63,944 nt of DNA, filler included, from Octopus bimaculoides (GCF_001194135.2; 5 parts of 5 records of this genome joined end to end with filler, not necessarily neighbours in it); one strand, 5' to 3'; positions 10,830 to 23,660 are shown, counted from the whole stretch's first letter. Numbers and translations: made by a program. Notes: generated from the letters alone by a model not told the origin.

Positions 10830-11036
10830 ATCGTGTGTTGAAACTAAAAGATTTAACAGCGTGAAGGAGACATATTAGCCATTCCAACTCGAAGACAGTT
10901 AACTTCTCTAAATGTGAAAACTCCGAAGTGTGTCCTGCATTAGAGCAAAGAATCATATCCCTTCATGGATCTCCCTTGCAATATTTACAAGATGCTTCAG
11001 AACAGTCGCAGACGTCCGTCTCCTATCTTTATTGTT

Positions 11037-11250
11037 TATCTTTTACTTGTTTCAGTCATTAGACTGCGGCCATTCTGGGGCACCGCTTTCAAGAATCTAC
11101 AGTCGAATGTATCGATGCTGGTACTTTTTGTAAAGCCTGGTACTTATTCTATCGATATCTTCTGCCGAACCGCTAAGTTATGGGGATGGGGACATCAACA
11201 CACCGACACCGGTTGTCAAGCGGCGGAGGCGAAGGACAAACACAGACACA
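11037..11250 (-). mobile_element. SINE family A 3' body
   Basis: Similar to the 3' half of 954-1427. Confidence 0.85.
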
Positions 11251-11295
11251 CACACACACACATATATATTTATATACATATGTATTTCTCCGTAT

Positions 11296-11332
11296 TCTTT
11301 CTGTTGAAGAGCGTAGCTCGATACGTTAAAGA
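11296..11332 (+). ncRNA. Decayed minimal type I hammerhead-like motif, probably in a Penelope-like terminal repeat (about 11281-11420)
   Basis: TCTTT / CTGTTGA / A / GAGC-gta-GCTC / GATA / CGT / T / AAAGA: 5-bp stem I, 4-bp stem II and palindromic ACGT stem III. Two catalytic-core positions are substituted and there is one extra A. Confidence 0.4.
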
Positions 11333-11807
11333 CTTTCTGTATTCCCGAGCGTTAAACTAATATATCCTTTTGTTGTTTACACCACCTGTCCTCGTCTGTT
11401 GTTTTGTTTTTTCGTAGATTCCCCCATATATATNNNNNNNNNNNNNNNNNNNNNNNNNNNNNNNNNNNNNNNNNNNNNNNNNNNNNNNNNNNNNNNNNNN
11501 NNNNNNNNNNNNNNNNNNNNNNNNNNNNNNNNNNNNNNNNNNNNNNNNNNNNNNNNNNNNNNNNNNNNNNNNNNNNNNNNNNNNNNNNNNNNNNNNNNNN
11601 NNNNNNNNNNNNNNNNNNNNNNNNNNNNNNNNNNNNNNNNNNNNNNNNNNNNNNNNNNNNNNNNNNNNNNNNNNNNNNNNNNNNNNNNNNNNNNNNNNNN
11701 NNNNNNNNNNNNNNNNNNNNNNNNNNNNNNNNNNNNNNNNNTATAGTATAGTTTATAGAAAATTTCTTAATTTAAAAATAGTATTTTCTTCGTTCTTTTG
11801 TAATAGT

Positions 11808-12212
11808 CGCAGGAGTGGCTGTGTGGTAAGTAGCTTGCTTACCAACCACATGGTTTCGGGTTCAGTTCCACTGCATGGCACATTGGGCCTCAGGCCTCGG
11901 GCTGACCAAAGTCTTGTGAGTGGAGTTGGTAGACGGAAACTGAAAGAACCCTGTCGTATATATGCATATATATATATATATATATATACATATGTGTGTG
12001 TGTGTGTGTGTGTGTGTGCTTGTGTCTGTGTTTGTCTCCCCAACATCACTTGACAACCGATGGTGGTGTGTTTACGTCCCCGTAACTTAGCGGTTCGGCA
12101 AAAGAGACCGATAGTATAAATACTAGGCTTACAAAGAATAAGTCCTGGGGCCGATTTGCTCGACTAAAGGCGCTGCTCCAGCATGGCCGCAGTCAAATGA
12201 CTGAAATAAGTT
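11808..12212 (+). mobile_element. SINE family A, full-length, with internal (TA)n(TG)n
   Basis: Complete head, small deletion in the CORE-like region, microsatellite at about 11957-12020, and the 3' body. Confidence 0.92.
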
Positions 12213-12711
12213 ACCGTATTTTAATGAGAGATATTTAAATAAATTTAATGAAAATACTGAACGAAATATATGAAAAGCAATAAAAGTTCGATCCAATTAT
12301 ATTGATAAAATTGGAATATTTAATGCGAAATATGTCCGGTATATGCTAGTTGCTGCTTTGATATTTGGCTGGAAATTATTGAATTTTAGTCTTAAATTAT
12401 CCAAATTCTCCAAAATTCAGTTCGCATATTTAGATACGGACACACAGATATCTTTGCCCTCACGCAAATGCATAGATATCCTTACCATTAAAAAATTCTT
12501 TGTCATGTTTTACGCGTTCGTAGCTACTGTTTACGCATCTTTTGAAAAACGTTTAAATATACAGCTAACATTGATCCGTTGCTGGAGGGAGCCATCTCTT
12601 CTAACGACGGAATGTTGCACATATGCCATTTGCAGTGTATATATCTGCATATACTTGTCGTTGTGGTTATGTTTAGCAACACCCCGATCATGACCACCAC
12701 TACTTCCACCA

Positions 12712-12796
12712 CCACCACCACAAACAAAGCTACCACCACCACAAACAAAGCCACCACCACCACAAACAAAGCCACCACCACCACAAACAAAACCAC
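12712..12796. repeat. 21-bp minisatellite CCACCACCACCACAAACAAAG (about 4 visible units, continues into a gap)
   Basis: Direct inspection. Confidence 0.85.
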
Positions 12797-14214
12797 NNNN
12801 NNNNNNNNNNNNNNNNNNNNNNNNNNNNNNNNNNNNNNNNNNNNNNNNNNNNNNNNNNNNNNNNNNNNNNNNNNNNNNNNNNNNNNNNNNNNNNNNNNNN
12901 NNNNNNNNNNNNNNNNNNNNNNNNNNNNNNNNNNNNNNNNNNNNNNNNNNNNNNNNNNNNNNNNNNNNNNNNNNNNNNNNNNNNNNNNNNNNNNNNNNNN
13001 NNNNNNNNNNNNNNNNNNNNNNNNNNNNNNNNNNNNNNNNNNNNNNNNNNNNNNNNNNNNNNNNNNNNNNNNNNNNNNNNNNNNNNNNNNNNNNNNNNNN
13101 NNNNNNNNNNNNNNNNNNNNNNNNNNNNNNNNNNNNNNNNNNNNNNNNNNNNNNNNNNNNNNNNNNNNNNNNNNNNNNNNNNNNNNNNNNNNNNNNNNNN
13201 NNNNNNNNNNNNNNNNNNNNNNNNNNNNNNNNNNNNNNNNNNNNNNNNNNNNNNNNNNNNNNNNNNNNNNNNNNNNNNNNNNNNNNNNNNNNNNNNNNNN
13301 NNNNNNNNNNNNNNNNNNNNNNNNNNNNNNNNNNNNNNNNNNNNNNNNNNNNNNNNNNNNNNNNNNNNNNNNNNNNNNNNNNNNNNNNNNNNNNNNNNNN
13401 NNNNNNNNNNNNNNNNNNNNNNNNNNNNNNNNNNNNNNNNNNNNNNNNNNNNNNNNNNNNNNNNNNNNNNNNNNNNNNNNNNNNNNNNNNNNNNNNNNNN
13501 NNNNNGCAACAGTAACAACGTTAAAACGACGAATTCTAACACCACAGTTACCACCACTACCACCACCACCACCACCACCACCACCACCACCACTACCACG
13601 ACAACTACCACTGTCACCACTGCCGGCCTCCGTCACCCTCTACCGAAAAAACAACATCAGCACCAATAACAACAACATCGACATTAACGACAATCTCCTC
13701 TCTTCCTTCAATGAAATATATGTCCACCGTTGCCTGATACCGAAGATGTCATGTCCGTTTATGCTTTAAATCATCCATCATTCTTACGGTCACATCATCA
13801 ATATGACCAACATCTATCCATCCATTCTTACCATTCACAATCAACGTAAAACAGTTTATCTGCATAACACCGTGTCATATAAACACTGGCCCTAAAATTT
13901 CACTCTCTTTGTATTTGTATATGAATAGAGTAACTCCATATTAGTTCGCTCGTTTTGAATTGCCAAGAACCAACTAAACACTTGCCATAATTTTCTATAT
14001 TTTCTTTCTTGTTCTGGATCCTTTGAAGGCATTCATATCTATTCTGGACCCTTTTAAATATTGCTCGTTTGTGAATGTTAATCTCCATGTTTCTAATACT
14101 GGTAGCGAAAATATAAAAGCAACTTCATAAAAAGCCGTTTAGTTTTGCCAAACAAGCAGACGATAAGATGGCCGATATTCCGGCCTAAATAAACAACACA
14201 TATCAGCCTAGTAA

Positions 14215-14790
14215 AACCTGTGTGAAACTGTGTCTACAGAGTAAAAGATGTGTGAAGACTGAACGATTCTGCGACAAACTATGCAAAGCGTATGTGAGAC
14301 AGCGTGAAGTTGTACGAAACTATTTAATGTTGCGAGAGGCTGTGTGAGATTATGTAAAGGTGTGTGAATTTGCAAGAAGCTGTGATATTTATTTGAGATT
14401 AACAGAGTGAAGATATATGAGGCTGTGAGTTGGTGACAAGCGTTGTGAAGCTGTATAAAGCTGCATGAAACTGCGTAAGGCTGCGTAAGGCCATATAAAA
14501 CTATGAAATATCCGTATGATTGTGTTAAAGAGTAGAACTCTGTTTCAAGCTGTGTATGAATGAGGCTGATATGCTACGTGAAGCTGTGAGAGGAAGAGTG
14601 AATCTAAAAGGCTGCTGTGTAAGGATGTTGTACAAGGATGTTGTACAAGGATGTTAAGAAGTTGTTTTCGGATATGTGTGTCAGTATGAAAGTATGAGTA
14701 CGTGTAAAGCTGTAAGAAGCTACGAGAGCGAGTAAACTTGAAGAATGCTGTATGATATTATATAAGGCCATGAGAAAGTTGAGGGTAACT
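14215..14790. repeat. Cryptic, heavily degenerate 10-bp tandem array (consensus about TGTGTGAAGC)
   Basis: The 10-bp register is kept over many units, e.g. tatgtgagac agcgtgaagt tgtacgaaac ... tgtgtgagat tatgtaaagg tgtgtgaatt tgcaagaagc. Confidence 0.7.
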
Positions 14791-15012
14791 ATGCTTCTCC
14801 AGTTTAATACCGTATGATTTCCTTCAAATTAATTTGTTCTTTACTTCCATTTCTGCAGCATACATTGGTGGGCATTCTACAAGCTCCTTTGTCAGACAAA
14901 AATAAAAAAGCTTTCATCTCCGCTTCTCACAAACACTTTCTCTCCGTTTCCATCTCTCTTACTCTCTCCTCTCTTCTCCTCACACACATCTCTCTCCTCT
15001 CTCTTGCTTTCT

Positions 15013-15344
15013 TTCTTTCTTTCTTTCTTTCCATATATCTTTTTTTCTTTCCATATATCTATCTTTCTTTCCATATATCTATCTTTCTTTCCATATATCT
15101 ATCTTTCTTTCCATATATCTATCTTTCTTTCCATATATCTTTCTTTCTTTCCATATATCTTTCTTTCTTTCCATATATCTTTCTTTCTTTCCATATATCT
15201 ATCTTTCTTTCCATATTTCTTTCTTTCCATATATCTATCTTTCTTTCCATATTTCTTTCTTTCCATATATCTTTCTTTCTTTCCATATATCTATCTTTCT
15301 TTCCATATTTCTTTCTTTCCATATATCTATCTTTCTTTCCATAT
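15013..15344. repeat. 20-bp/16-bp minisatellite (TTCCATATATCTATCTTTCT and TTCCATATTTCTTTCT) running into a gap
   Basis: Direct inspection. Confidence 0.9.
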
Positions 15345-15806
15345 NNNNNNNNNNNNNNNNNNNNNNNNNNNNNNNNNNNNNNNNNNNNNNNNNNNNNNNN
15401 NNNNNNNNNNNNNNNNNNNNNNNNNNNNNNNNNNNNNNNNNNNNNNNNNNNNNNNNNNNNNNNNNNNNNNNNNNNNNNNNNNNNNNNNNNNNNNNNNNNN
15501 NNNNNNNNNNNNNNNNNNNNNNNNNNNNNNNNNNNNNNNNNNNNNNNNNNNNNNNNNNNNNNNNNNNNNNNNNNNNNNNNNNNNNNNNNNNNNNNNNNNN
15601 NNNNNNNNNNNNNNNNNNNNNNNNNNNNNNNNNNNNNNNNNNNNNNNNNNNNNNNNNNNNNNNNNNNNNNNNNNNNNNNNNNNNNNNNNNNNNNNNNNNN
15701 NNNNNNNNNNNNNNNNNNNNNNNNNNNNNNNNNNNNNNNNNNNNNNNNNNNNNNNNNNNNNNNNNNNNNNNNNNNNNNNNNNNNNNNNNNNNNNNNNNNN
15801 NNNNTT

Positions 15807-15845
<39 letters not shown>

Positions 15846-15861
15846 CTCTCTCTCTCTCTCC

Positions 15862-15893
<32 letters not shown>

Positions 15894-15979
15894 CTCCCTC
15901 GCTTTCTCTCTTTCAATTTGTCCATTGGTGAGGAATTAAAGATATAAAATCACAGAAGCGCTCACGCGCGCATGTATAT

Positions 15980-16016
<37 letters not shown>

Positions 16017-16525
16017 GAGAGAGAGAGAGGGAGAGAGAGAATGAGAGAGAGAATGAGAGAGAGAGGGATGGAGGGAGATTTGTCCACCCAAATACAGGAA
16101 ATAGCCATTTACGTATCATACTTAAAGTATATACGTCGTTAATAGGTAAGTAACATCGGAAATCATCCGAGATAACATCTCTTATGGATGAACTGACAAA
16201 TCTCGTCTTGGCATGTGACTGGCTGTCAGTACACATCATTGGTAAAACCCAACAAAGCGGATATGCAACTGATGTATTTACTAGGCGTTTACTGAACAGT
16301 TTTCGTTTCCTTCTAATACATAGGACGTGCGTAAGTGACGTTAACTTAGACGAATATTGCAATGATAAGCCTGATAACGATGCATACACATTGAATATGA
16401 TACATAGAAGACTATTTTAAACTAGGTCTTTAGCCGCCGCTACGCCGCAGTTAAAAGTATTTGTTAATAATGGACGTAACTGCTTTTAATAGTAGACTGT
16501 TATATAGTGAAAGTCTCGTTGGTTA

Positions 16526-17128
16526 CTATGGTGCTAGTGTGTAAGTGTGTGCGTAAATGGTGTGTGGGATGAATACTGAGTGGAACAGTATGTATGATTG
16601 GTTGTATAATGGTGTGTGGGGTGAGGGTACTGAGCTAGGTGGCGAGCAGGTGTGGTGGTGGAGGGGAGAGGTAGTTAAAGGTGGGATATGTGTGGGGTTG
16701 GTGTTAGATGAAGAGAGGTATCGAATTAATGGTATAAGGAGCAAAGAAATGGAGGAAGGTTAATTCTTGTTTACAGTGGAGGCGGGAGTCCGGATAGCCC
16801 TATTCAAAGACAGCCTGGATACAGACAGATGTTGTAACAAATGATCGGTGGGGCGGAAGTAGCGCGAGACCAGGATGTCATACTGAGTCTGATGTCTCAC
16901 AGGTGCACAGTGGACCGGTCGGCCAAGCAGCGTCCTATTTGACCATTGTACAGGGAAGATCAAAGAGAGCAGGAGATGCAGTAGATGACATTGCTGGAAG
17001 TGCAGGTAAGAGTCGGTGATGTGATATGGCCGTTGGTGGGTGCCAGTGAGTGTCTTGAAGAGGTAGTGGTATCGGAGAGATAGGGGTAGGTGCGACAACA
17101 AGGGAAGGAACCAGGATAGGTGCCAGGA
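16526..17128 (-). mobile_element. Penelope-like retroelement 3' fragment: degenerate GIY-YIG endonuclease plus 3' region
   Basis: Minus translation PGSFPCCRTYPYL...TCTSSNVIYCISCSL*SSLYNGQIGRCLADRSTVHL*DIRL, then (frameshifted) VSRYFRPTDHLLQHLSV. This is a typical PLE GIY-YIG arrangement. Confidence 0.85.
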
Positions 17129-17344
17129 GTATGTATGTATGTGTGTATATATATATATANNNNNNNNNNNNNNNNNNNNNNNNNNNNNNNNNNNNNNNNN
17201 NNNNNNNNNNNNNNNNNNNNNNNNNNNNNNNNNNNNNNNNNNNNNNNNNNNNNNNNNNNNNNNNNNNNNNNNNNNNNNNNNNNNNNNNNNNNNNNNNNNN
17301 NNNNNNNNNNNNNNNNNNNNNNNNNNNNNNNNNNNNNNNNNNNN

Positions 17345-17383
<39 letters not shown>

Positions 17384-18143
17384 CTATGTATATATGTATG
17401 TATTTATGTGTGTGTGTATGAGTGTACGTGTGTGAGTGCAAATACATTCGTCTATAAACAAACCCAAATCTATATATATCATATCCGCAGATATTTTATT
17501 TACTAGTTTATCGATCGCAGCAGGGAATTTATATATTTTTTATTAAGGTTGTAAATCAATCTTCCTTGTATTTAATGATTAATCTATTTAACGTTCTATT
17601 CCACCGTTATGTGGATTCCGGCCTACGACGTCATCATCAGCACAGCTCATAATCATAAGGAAACTTTTAGGAGAACTATTAAATGCTTCTAATGCATAAG
17701 TACAATGCATTTGCACGTATTAATAGTATTCTGCTGCCAATAGGAATCAGATAATAAGGTTTAGTGTATGTATCTATAATACTCGGCTGTGAATAGAAAT
17801 CAGATAATGGTTATCTAATACGTATTAGCAACAGAACATTATTGTAACATCCCCTGAACACTATCATCTGATTATATGTAATATTACATTGATTATGTTC
17901 ATGATAGACAATATAATTCTCTTATGCGTTTCCTTATGAAATAATTTGCATTGATATTGACCTCATAGGTTAAAATGTGCGGAAGAGAGTTGAATAAAAT
18001 ACTGAACTGAATGGAGATTATCATTATTTGCTTGTTATTCCAAATTTTTTTGTGTATATGTTTGATACTTTTGTGTGATATAAGAAAACATTCAAGAAAG
18101 TTTCAAAATCTTCGCTTGTTCGAGTGGCCAATGATTATGACAA

Positions 18144-18282
<139 letters not shown>

Positions 18283-18314
18283 GACGAAATGGTATAAGAA
18301 TAACAATATATATA

Positions 18315-18368
<54 letters not shown>

Positions 18369-18656
18369 CGTGTGTGGGTGGGTGAATGTATGTGTGTATA
18401 TTTATTATATAAATGTATATCTGTATATTTGTATGGTCACATGCACACGCAAACACGCATTCACACGCACAAACATACACACACACACACACACCACATA
18501 GACATACACCACACCACAAACGTACGGCTGAGAGTGGAGTGCTCAATATATGCCATATGGCGTATGGTTTGTTGAAAGCGAATTTTTGTATTACTTCACT
18601 CGAGTTTGGGTAAAATGTATACATTTATAAACACACATTACATTTATGTATATGCG

Positions 18657-18695
<39 letters not shown>

Positions 18696-19150
18696 NNNNN
18701 NNNNNNNNNNNNNNNNNNNNNNNNNNNNNNNNNNNNNNNNNNNNNNNNNNNNNNNNNNNNNNNNNNNNNNNNNNNNNNNNNNNNNNNNNNNNNNNNNNNN
18801 NNNNNNNNNNNNNNNNNNNNNNNNNNNNNNNNNNNNNNNNNNNNNNNNNNNNNNNNNNNNNNNNNNNNNNNNNNNNNNNNNNNNNNNNNNNNNNNNNNNN
18901 NNNNNNNNNNNNNNNNNNNNNNNNNNNNNNNNNNNNNNNNNNNNNNNNNNNNNNNNNNNNNNNNNNNNNNNNNNNNNNNNNNNNNNNNNNNNNNNNNNNN
19001 NNNNNNNNNNNNNNNNNNNNNNNNNNNNNNNNNNNNNNNNNNNNNNNNNNNNNNNNNNNNNNNNNNNNNNNNNNNNNNNNNNNNNNNNNNNNNNNNNNNN
19101 NNNNNNNNNNNNNNNNNNNNNNNNNNNNNNNNNNNNNNNNNNNNNNNNNN

Positions 19151-19198
<48 letters not shown>

Positions 19199-19627
19199 TA
19201 CACAGACGCATATATGCTCGAAAATACACACACGCACACGATCATATGAATCCAGATAACAACCCGTCTATTGGTTTATCTTAAGGAACACCGCCATGAA
19301 AAATATCAGAACCACATTGTAAACACGATATCTGTTGAGAAAGAGGTTATGGCAGCGGGGAGCTGTTGTTTACAACATCCGTTCGTTCACATAGTTAAAG
19401 TCACATCAAAATGTATCCAATGGATTATGGGCAAATAACGACATAGTCTGTTACCTTCGTCTTCAGTCAGTTCGAAATAAACAGACGTTTATGCATACAC
19501 GGACGCAGGCGCACAAATATAAGTCAGCACACTCGTAGAGATGCGTACCCATACGCCAACGTGCACACACACACTCATACATACTCATACGTATATAAGG
19601 ATATATGCATATATATATACATGTATG

Positions 19628-19711
<84 letters not shown>

Positions 19712-19724
19712 TATATATATACAT

Positions 19725-19755
<31 letters not shown>

Positions 19756-20001
19756 CACACACACACATATATATATATACGCACACAGATATACGTACAA
19801 GTTGAAGTTCCCTTCAATCTGTCGTGTTCTCGAATAAAAACGCTTAGATATCAACATGTATGTATATTGTACACACCCACGCATCTATATATACGTATGT
19901 ATATATATATACACACACATATATATATATATATACATATGAATGTATGTATGTTATGTATATATGTATATATATGTTTATATATATATATGACATACAT
20001 A

Positions 20002-20040
<39 letters not shown>

Positions 20041-21369
20041 NNNNNNNNNNNNNNNNNNNNNNNNNNNNNNNNNNNNNNNNNNNNNNNNNNNNNNNNNNNN
20101 NNNNNNNNNNNNNNNNNNNNNNNNNNNNNNNNNNNNNNNNNNNNNNNNNNNNNNNNNNNNNNNNNNNNNNNNNNNNNNNNNNNNNNNNNNNNNNNNNNNN
20201 NNNNNNNNNNNNNNNNNNNNNNNNNNNNNNNNNNNNNNNNNNNNNNNNNNNNNNNNNNNNNNNNNNNNNNNNNNNNNNNNNNNNNNNNNNNNNNNNNNNN
20301 NNNNNNNNNNNNNNNNNNNNNNNNNNNNNNNNNNNNNNNNNNNNNNNNNNNNNNNNNNNNNNNNNNNNNNNNNNNNNNNNNNNNNNNNNNNNNNNNNNNN
20401 NNNNNNNNNNNNNNNNNNNNNNNNNNNNNNNNNNNNNNNNNNNNNNNNNNNNNNNNNNNNNNNNNNNNNNNNNNNNNNNNNNNNNNNNNNNNNNNNNNNN
20501 NNNNNNNNNNNNNNNNNNNNNNNNNNNNNNNNAGAGGGGGAGGTCGATATAGGATCATAAATATTCAGACTTACGTAACCGCTTAAAACCATGCGTCGAA
20601 GGTTTACATTCGTACATACTTGTACGTACGTGCGTATATAAACTTCTGAATCACACTGTATATGCAGCAACACATACACACGCACGCAGACCCATACACA
20701 CAAACACAAACATAGACACACTTGGATATTCATATTAAAGAGCGTGTATAAAAATATGTCTACGAACATATATGTGAGTGTGTGTGTATGTGTGTGTGTG
20801 TGTTTGTGTGTGTATGTCTGTGTGTGTGTGTGTATGTGTGTGTGTGTGAGTGTGTGTGTGTGTGTGTGTGTGTATACCTCTGCCTGTATGTATGTATATA
20901 TGGTAATTTGGAAATACATTCCCTAAAACTTATAAAATGTAGCTCATACTTAATATACTTCGCTGTCTCTGCACCACCCTCTCTGTGTATATTTGGAAGA
21001 AGGACGCAAAAAATCGAAGTCGTAAGACGTAAAATAATCAGATAAAATGTGATGAACAATAAGTTGTTTTTGTATTTTATACCCTGTTTTCTTTTTTTTC
21101 TTTTTTTTGTAGTTTTTAGCTTGTATTACTTGGTGTGTGTTTATTTAAGGAGAAAATAAAATTAGATGTTCTGAAAGAGTTATCACCCTTTTACATCAAC
21201 AAAAACTTCATACTCTCTTGCACCAGAGATATCTAGGAACATTAAACATAAAAATTGAATACCTACACACATATACATACATATATCATTACATATATAC
21301 ACACACATATATGTGCATATACATATATATACACATACTCATATTCATGCATGTGAGTGTACGTATGTA

Positions 21370-21441
<72 letters not shown>

Positions 21442-21702
21442 TATACATATGTATAAATATATGTATATGTATACAAATATATATACATGCACGTATACAC
21501 ACGTATATACGTATATACGTATATATATATACACACATATATATACACACATATATATATACATATGTAAATACATATATATATATTTATACGCGCACAT
21601 ATATATGTACAAATACACATGGGCATATATTTGTGTATATCATATCTATATTTATACACTCGTACATGAGCTTGTATGTGTATATACTTGTGTGTGTGTG
21701 CA

Positions 21703-21745
<43 letters not shown>

Positions 21746-21973
21746 AATCATATATGTGTGTATGAAGAAATGAGTGACACTTCATTTTACTGCAACTCTC
21801 TATATCTGTACATTAATCAAATAAGGCGGTAACTAGGGTCACACAAGCAACGTCACTGAAGTGTAGATTGCTTCGCCTTTCAAAGAAAATACATGTTCGA
21901 GCGAACCTTGAGATGTACAGCGGGACATTCTTGAGAAGACGTTATGGGTCAGCCTTGTGACTGGTTGTTACAG

Positions 21974-22169
21974 TGATTTCAAATTTTAGCACAAGGCCAG
22001 TAACTTCGTTTGAGGGGTGAATCGATTACATTCGTCCCCAGTGTTTAAATGGAACTTATTTTATCTACGCCGAAAAAATGAAAGGCATTATCAGCCCCGG
22101 CGGAATTTGAACTTTGAACGTAATGTCGGAAGAAATGCCGCTAAGCATTTTTCCGGTGCGGTAACGATT
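21974..22169 (-). mobile_element. SINE family B, older copy lacking its first ~16 nt
   Basis: Minus strand starts AATCGTTACCGCACCGG and ends GGCCTTGTGCTAAAATTTGAAATCA. Confidence 0.85.
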
Positions 22170-22403
22170 CTTATTTCTTCATTGCCCCCACAAGGGGCTA
22201 AACATAGAGGGGACAAACAAGGACAGACAAAAGGATTAAGTCGATTACATCGACCCAGTGCGTAATTGGTACTTAATTTATCGATCCCGAAAGGATGAAA
22301 GGCAAAGTCGACCTCGGTGGAATTTGAACTCAGAATGTAACGGCAGACGAAATACCGCTGAGCATTTCGCCCGGTGTGCTAACGATTCTGCCAGCTCGCC
22401 ACC
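22170..22403 (-). mobile_element. SINE family B, long-tail variant, young
   Basis: GGTGGCGAGCTGGCAGAATCGTTAG head; tail ...CCCCTCTATGTTTAGCCCCTTGTGGGGGCAATGAAGAAATAAG. Confidence 0.92.
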
Positions 22404-22420
22404 TTTTTTTTTTATATATT

Positions 22421-23037
22421 CCAGTCGATTAGATCGACCCCAGTACGCAACTGGTACTTAATTTATCGACCCCAAAAGGATGAAAGGCAAAGTCGGCCTC
22501 GGCGAAATTTGAACTCAGAACGTAGCGGCAGACGAAATACCACTAAGCATTTTGCCCGGCGTGCTAACGATTCTGCCATATCACCGCTCTTTTGGTCTAA
22601 ACTTTTGGCACAAAGACAGCAATTTTGTGGGATGGGTAAGTCGATCCTGGGGTTGATACTCCAGTAATCAACTGGTACTTAGTTTATCGACCCCGAAAGG
22701 ATGAAAAGCAAAATCGACCCATGCGGAATTTGAACTCAGAACTTAGAAACTGATGAATTGCCGCAAAGCATTTTGTTCGGCGTGCTAACTATTCTGCCAG
22801 TTCACCGCATTGACTTGGGGTAAAATTAGTTTCAAATTTTGGCACAAGGATGGCAGTTCCTGGGAGGGCATAGTCGATTACATCGACTCTAGTTCTCAAC
22901 TGGTGCTTACGTCATCGACCCCGAAAGGATGTAAAGCATAATTGACCTCGGCGGAGTCTGAACTCAGAACTTAAAGGCTGATGAACTGCTACTAAGTATT
23001 TTGCTCAGCATGTGGACGACGCTGCCATTTCGCCGCC
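22421..23037 (-). mobile_element. Three further head-to-tail SINE-B copies (22421-22587, about 22596-22808, about 22828-23037)
   Basis: Each contains the GAAAGGATG..AAAG and GAACTCAGAAC motifs on the plus strand. Divergence increases with coordinate. Confidence 0.88.
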
Positions 23038-23087
23038 TGAGACTAGTGGCAATATTAACGTTTTTCTCGATTAACTTTATGGTATAG

Positions 23088-23660
23088 GCATAGTTGTGTG
23101 ATTAACAGTCTCAAGTTTCGGGTTCAGTCCTACTGCGCGGCACTTTGGGTAAGTCTCTTCTACTATAGCACAGTGCAGACCAATGCCTTGTGAAAGAATT
23201 TGGTAGATAGAGACAATGTGGAAGCCACTGATATGTATATCTAGCTACCTATATTCTTTTAAGAATGTTCAATCTCGAAGCAAATAAAGCTATAATTATT
23301 TCAAGTTTTTAAAATTTCTGTATTCTTATAACGTAAATAATGTATATATAAATGAATATATATTACACACATATACATACATATGTATGTATATGCGTGT
23401 ATGTATGTGTGTACGTATATGCGTGTATGTGTATGTGTGAGTGAATAGATGCTCGTATTTTTATGTCGTGTTTGTCACGCCACCACCACTTGACAAACGG
23501 TGTTGGTTTAAATCCCCTTAACGCAACGGTTCGGGAAAAGAGAACCCTAGAATAAGTACCAATGCTTTAAAGTAAAGTCATACGTACTCGGGGTCGATTT
23601 CTTATTCTAAAACCCATGAAGGTGGTGTCCCAGCATGACCACGGTTCAATATGTAAAAGA
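23088..23660 (+). mobile_element. Old SINE family A copy with expanded internal low-complexity region
   Basis: Diverged head at 23088-23230 (GGGTTCAGTCCTACTGCGCGGCAC) and 3' body at about 23455-23660. Confidence 0.7.

Noticed and set aside
11808-11880. tRNA-like A/B boxes in SINE heads (all families) as tRNA genes
   Set aside because: No complete cloverleaf or acceptor stem. Each continues into a repeated SINE body, several with TSDs.
16184-16420. 78-aa plus-strand ORF with nearby GTAAGT donors (16146, 16330) and a possible 7-nt microexon
   Set aside because: No recognisable homology, the opposite strand is also open, and the 7-nt exon would shift the frame. Not supportable without transcripts.
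16777-17005. Plus-strand exon-like segment with strong acceptor and GTAAGA donor
   Set aside because: All three frames contain stops, and it is the antisense strand of the Penelope GIY-YIG fragment. At most a cryptic or poison exon.
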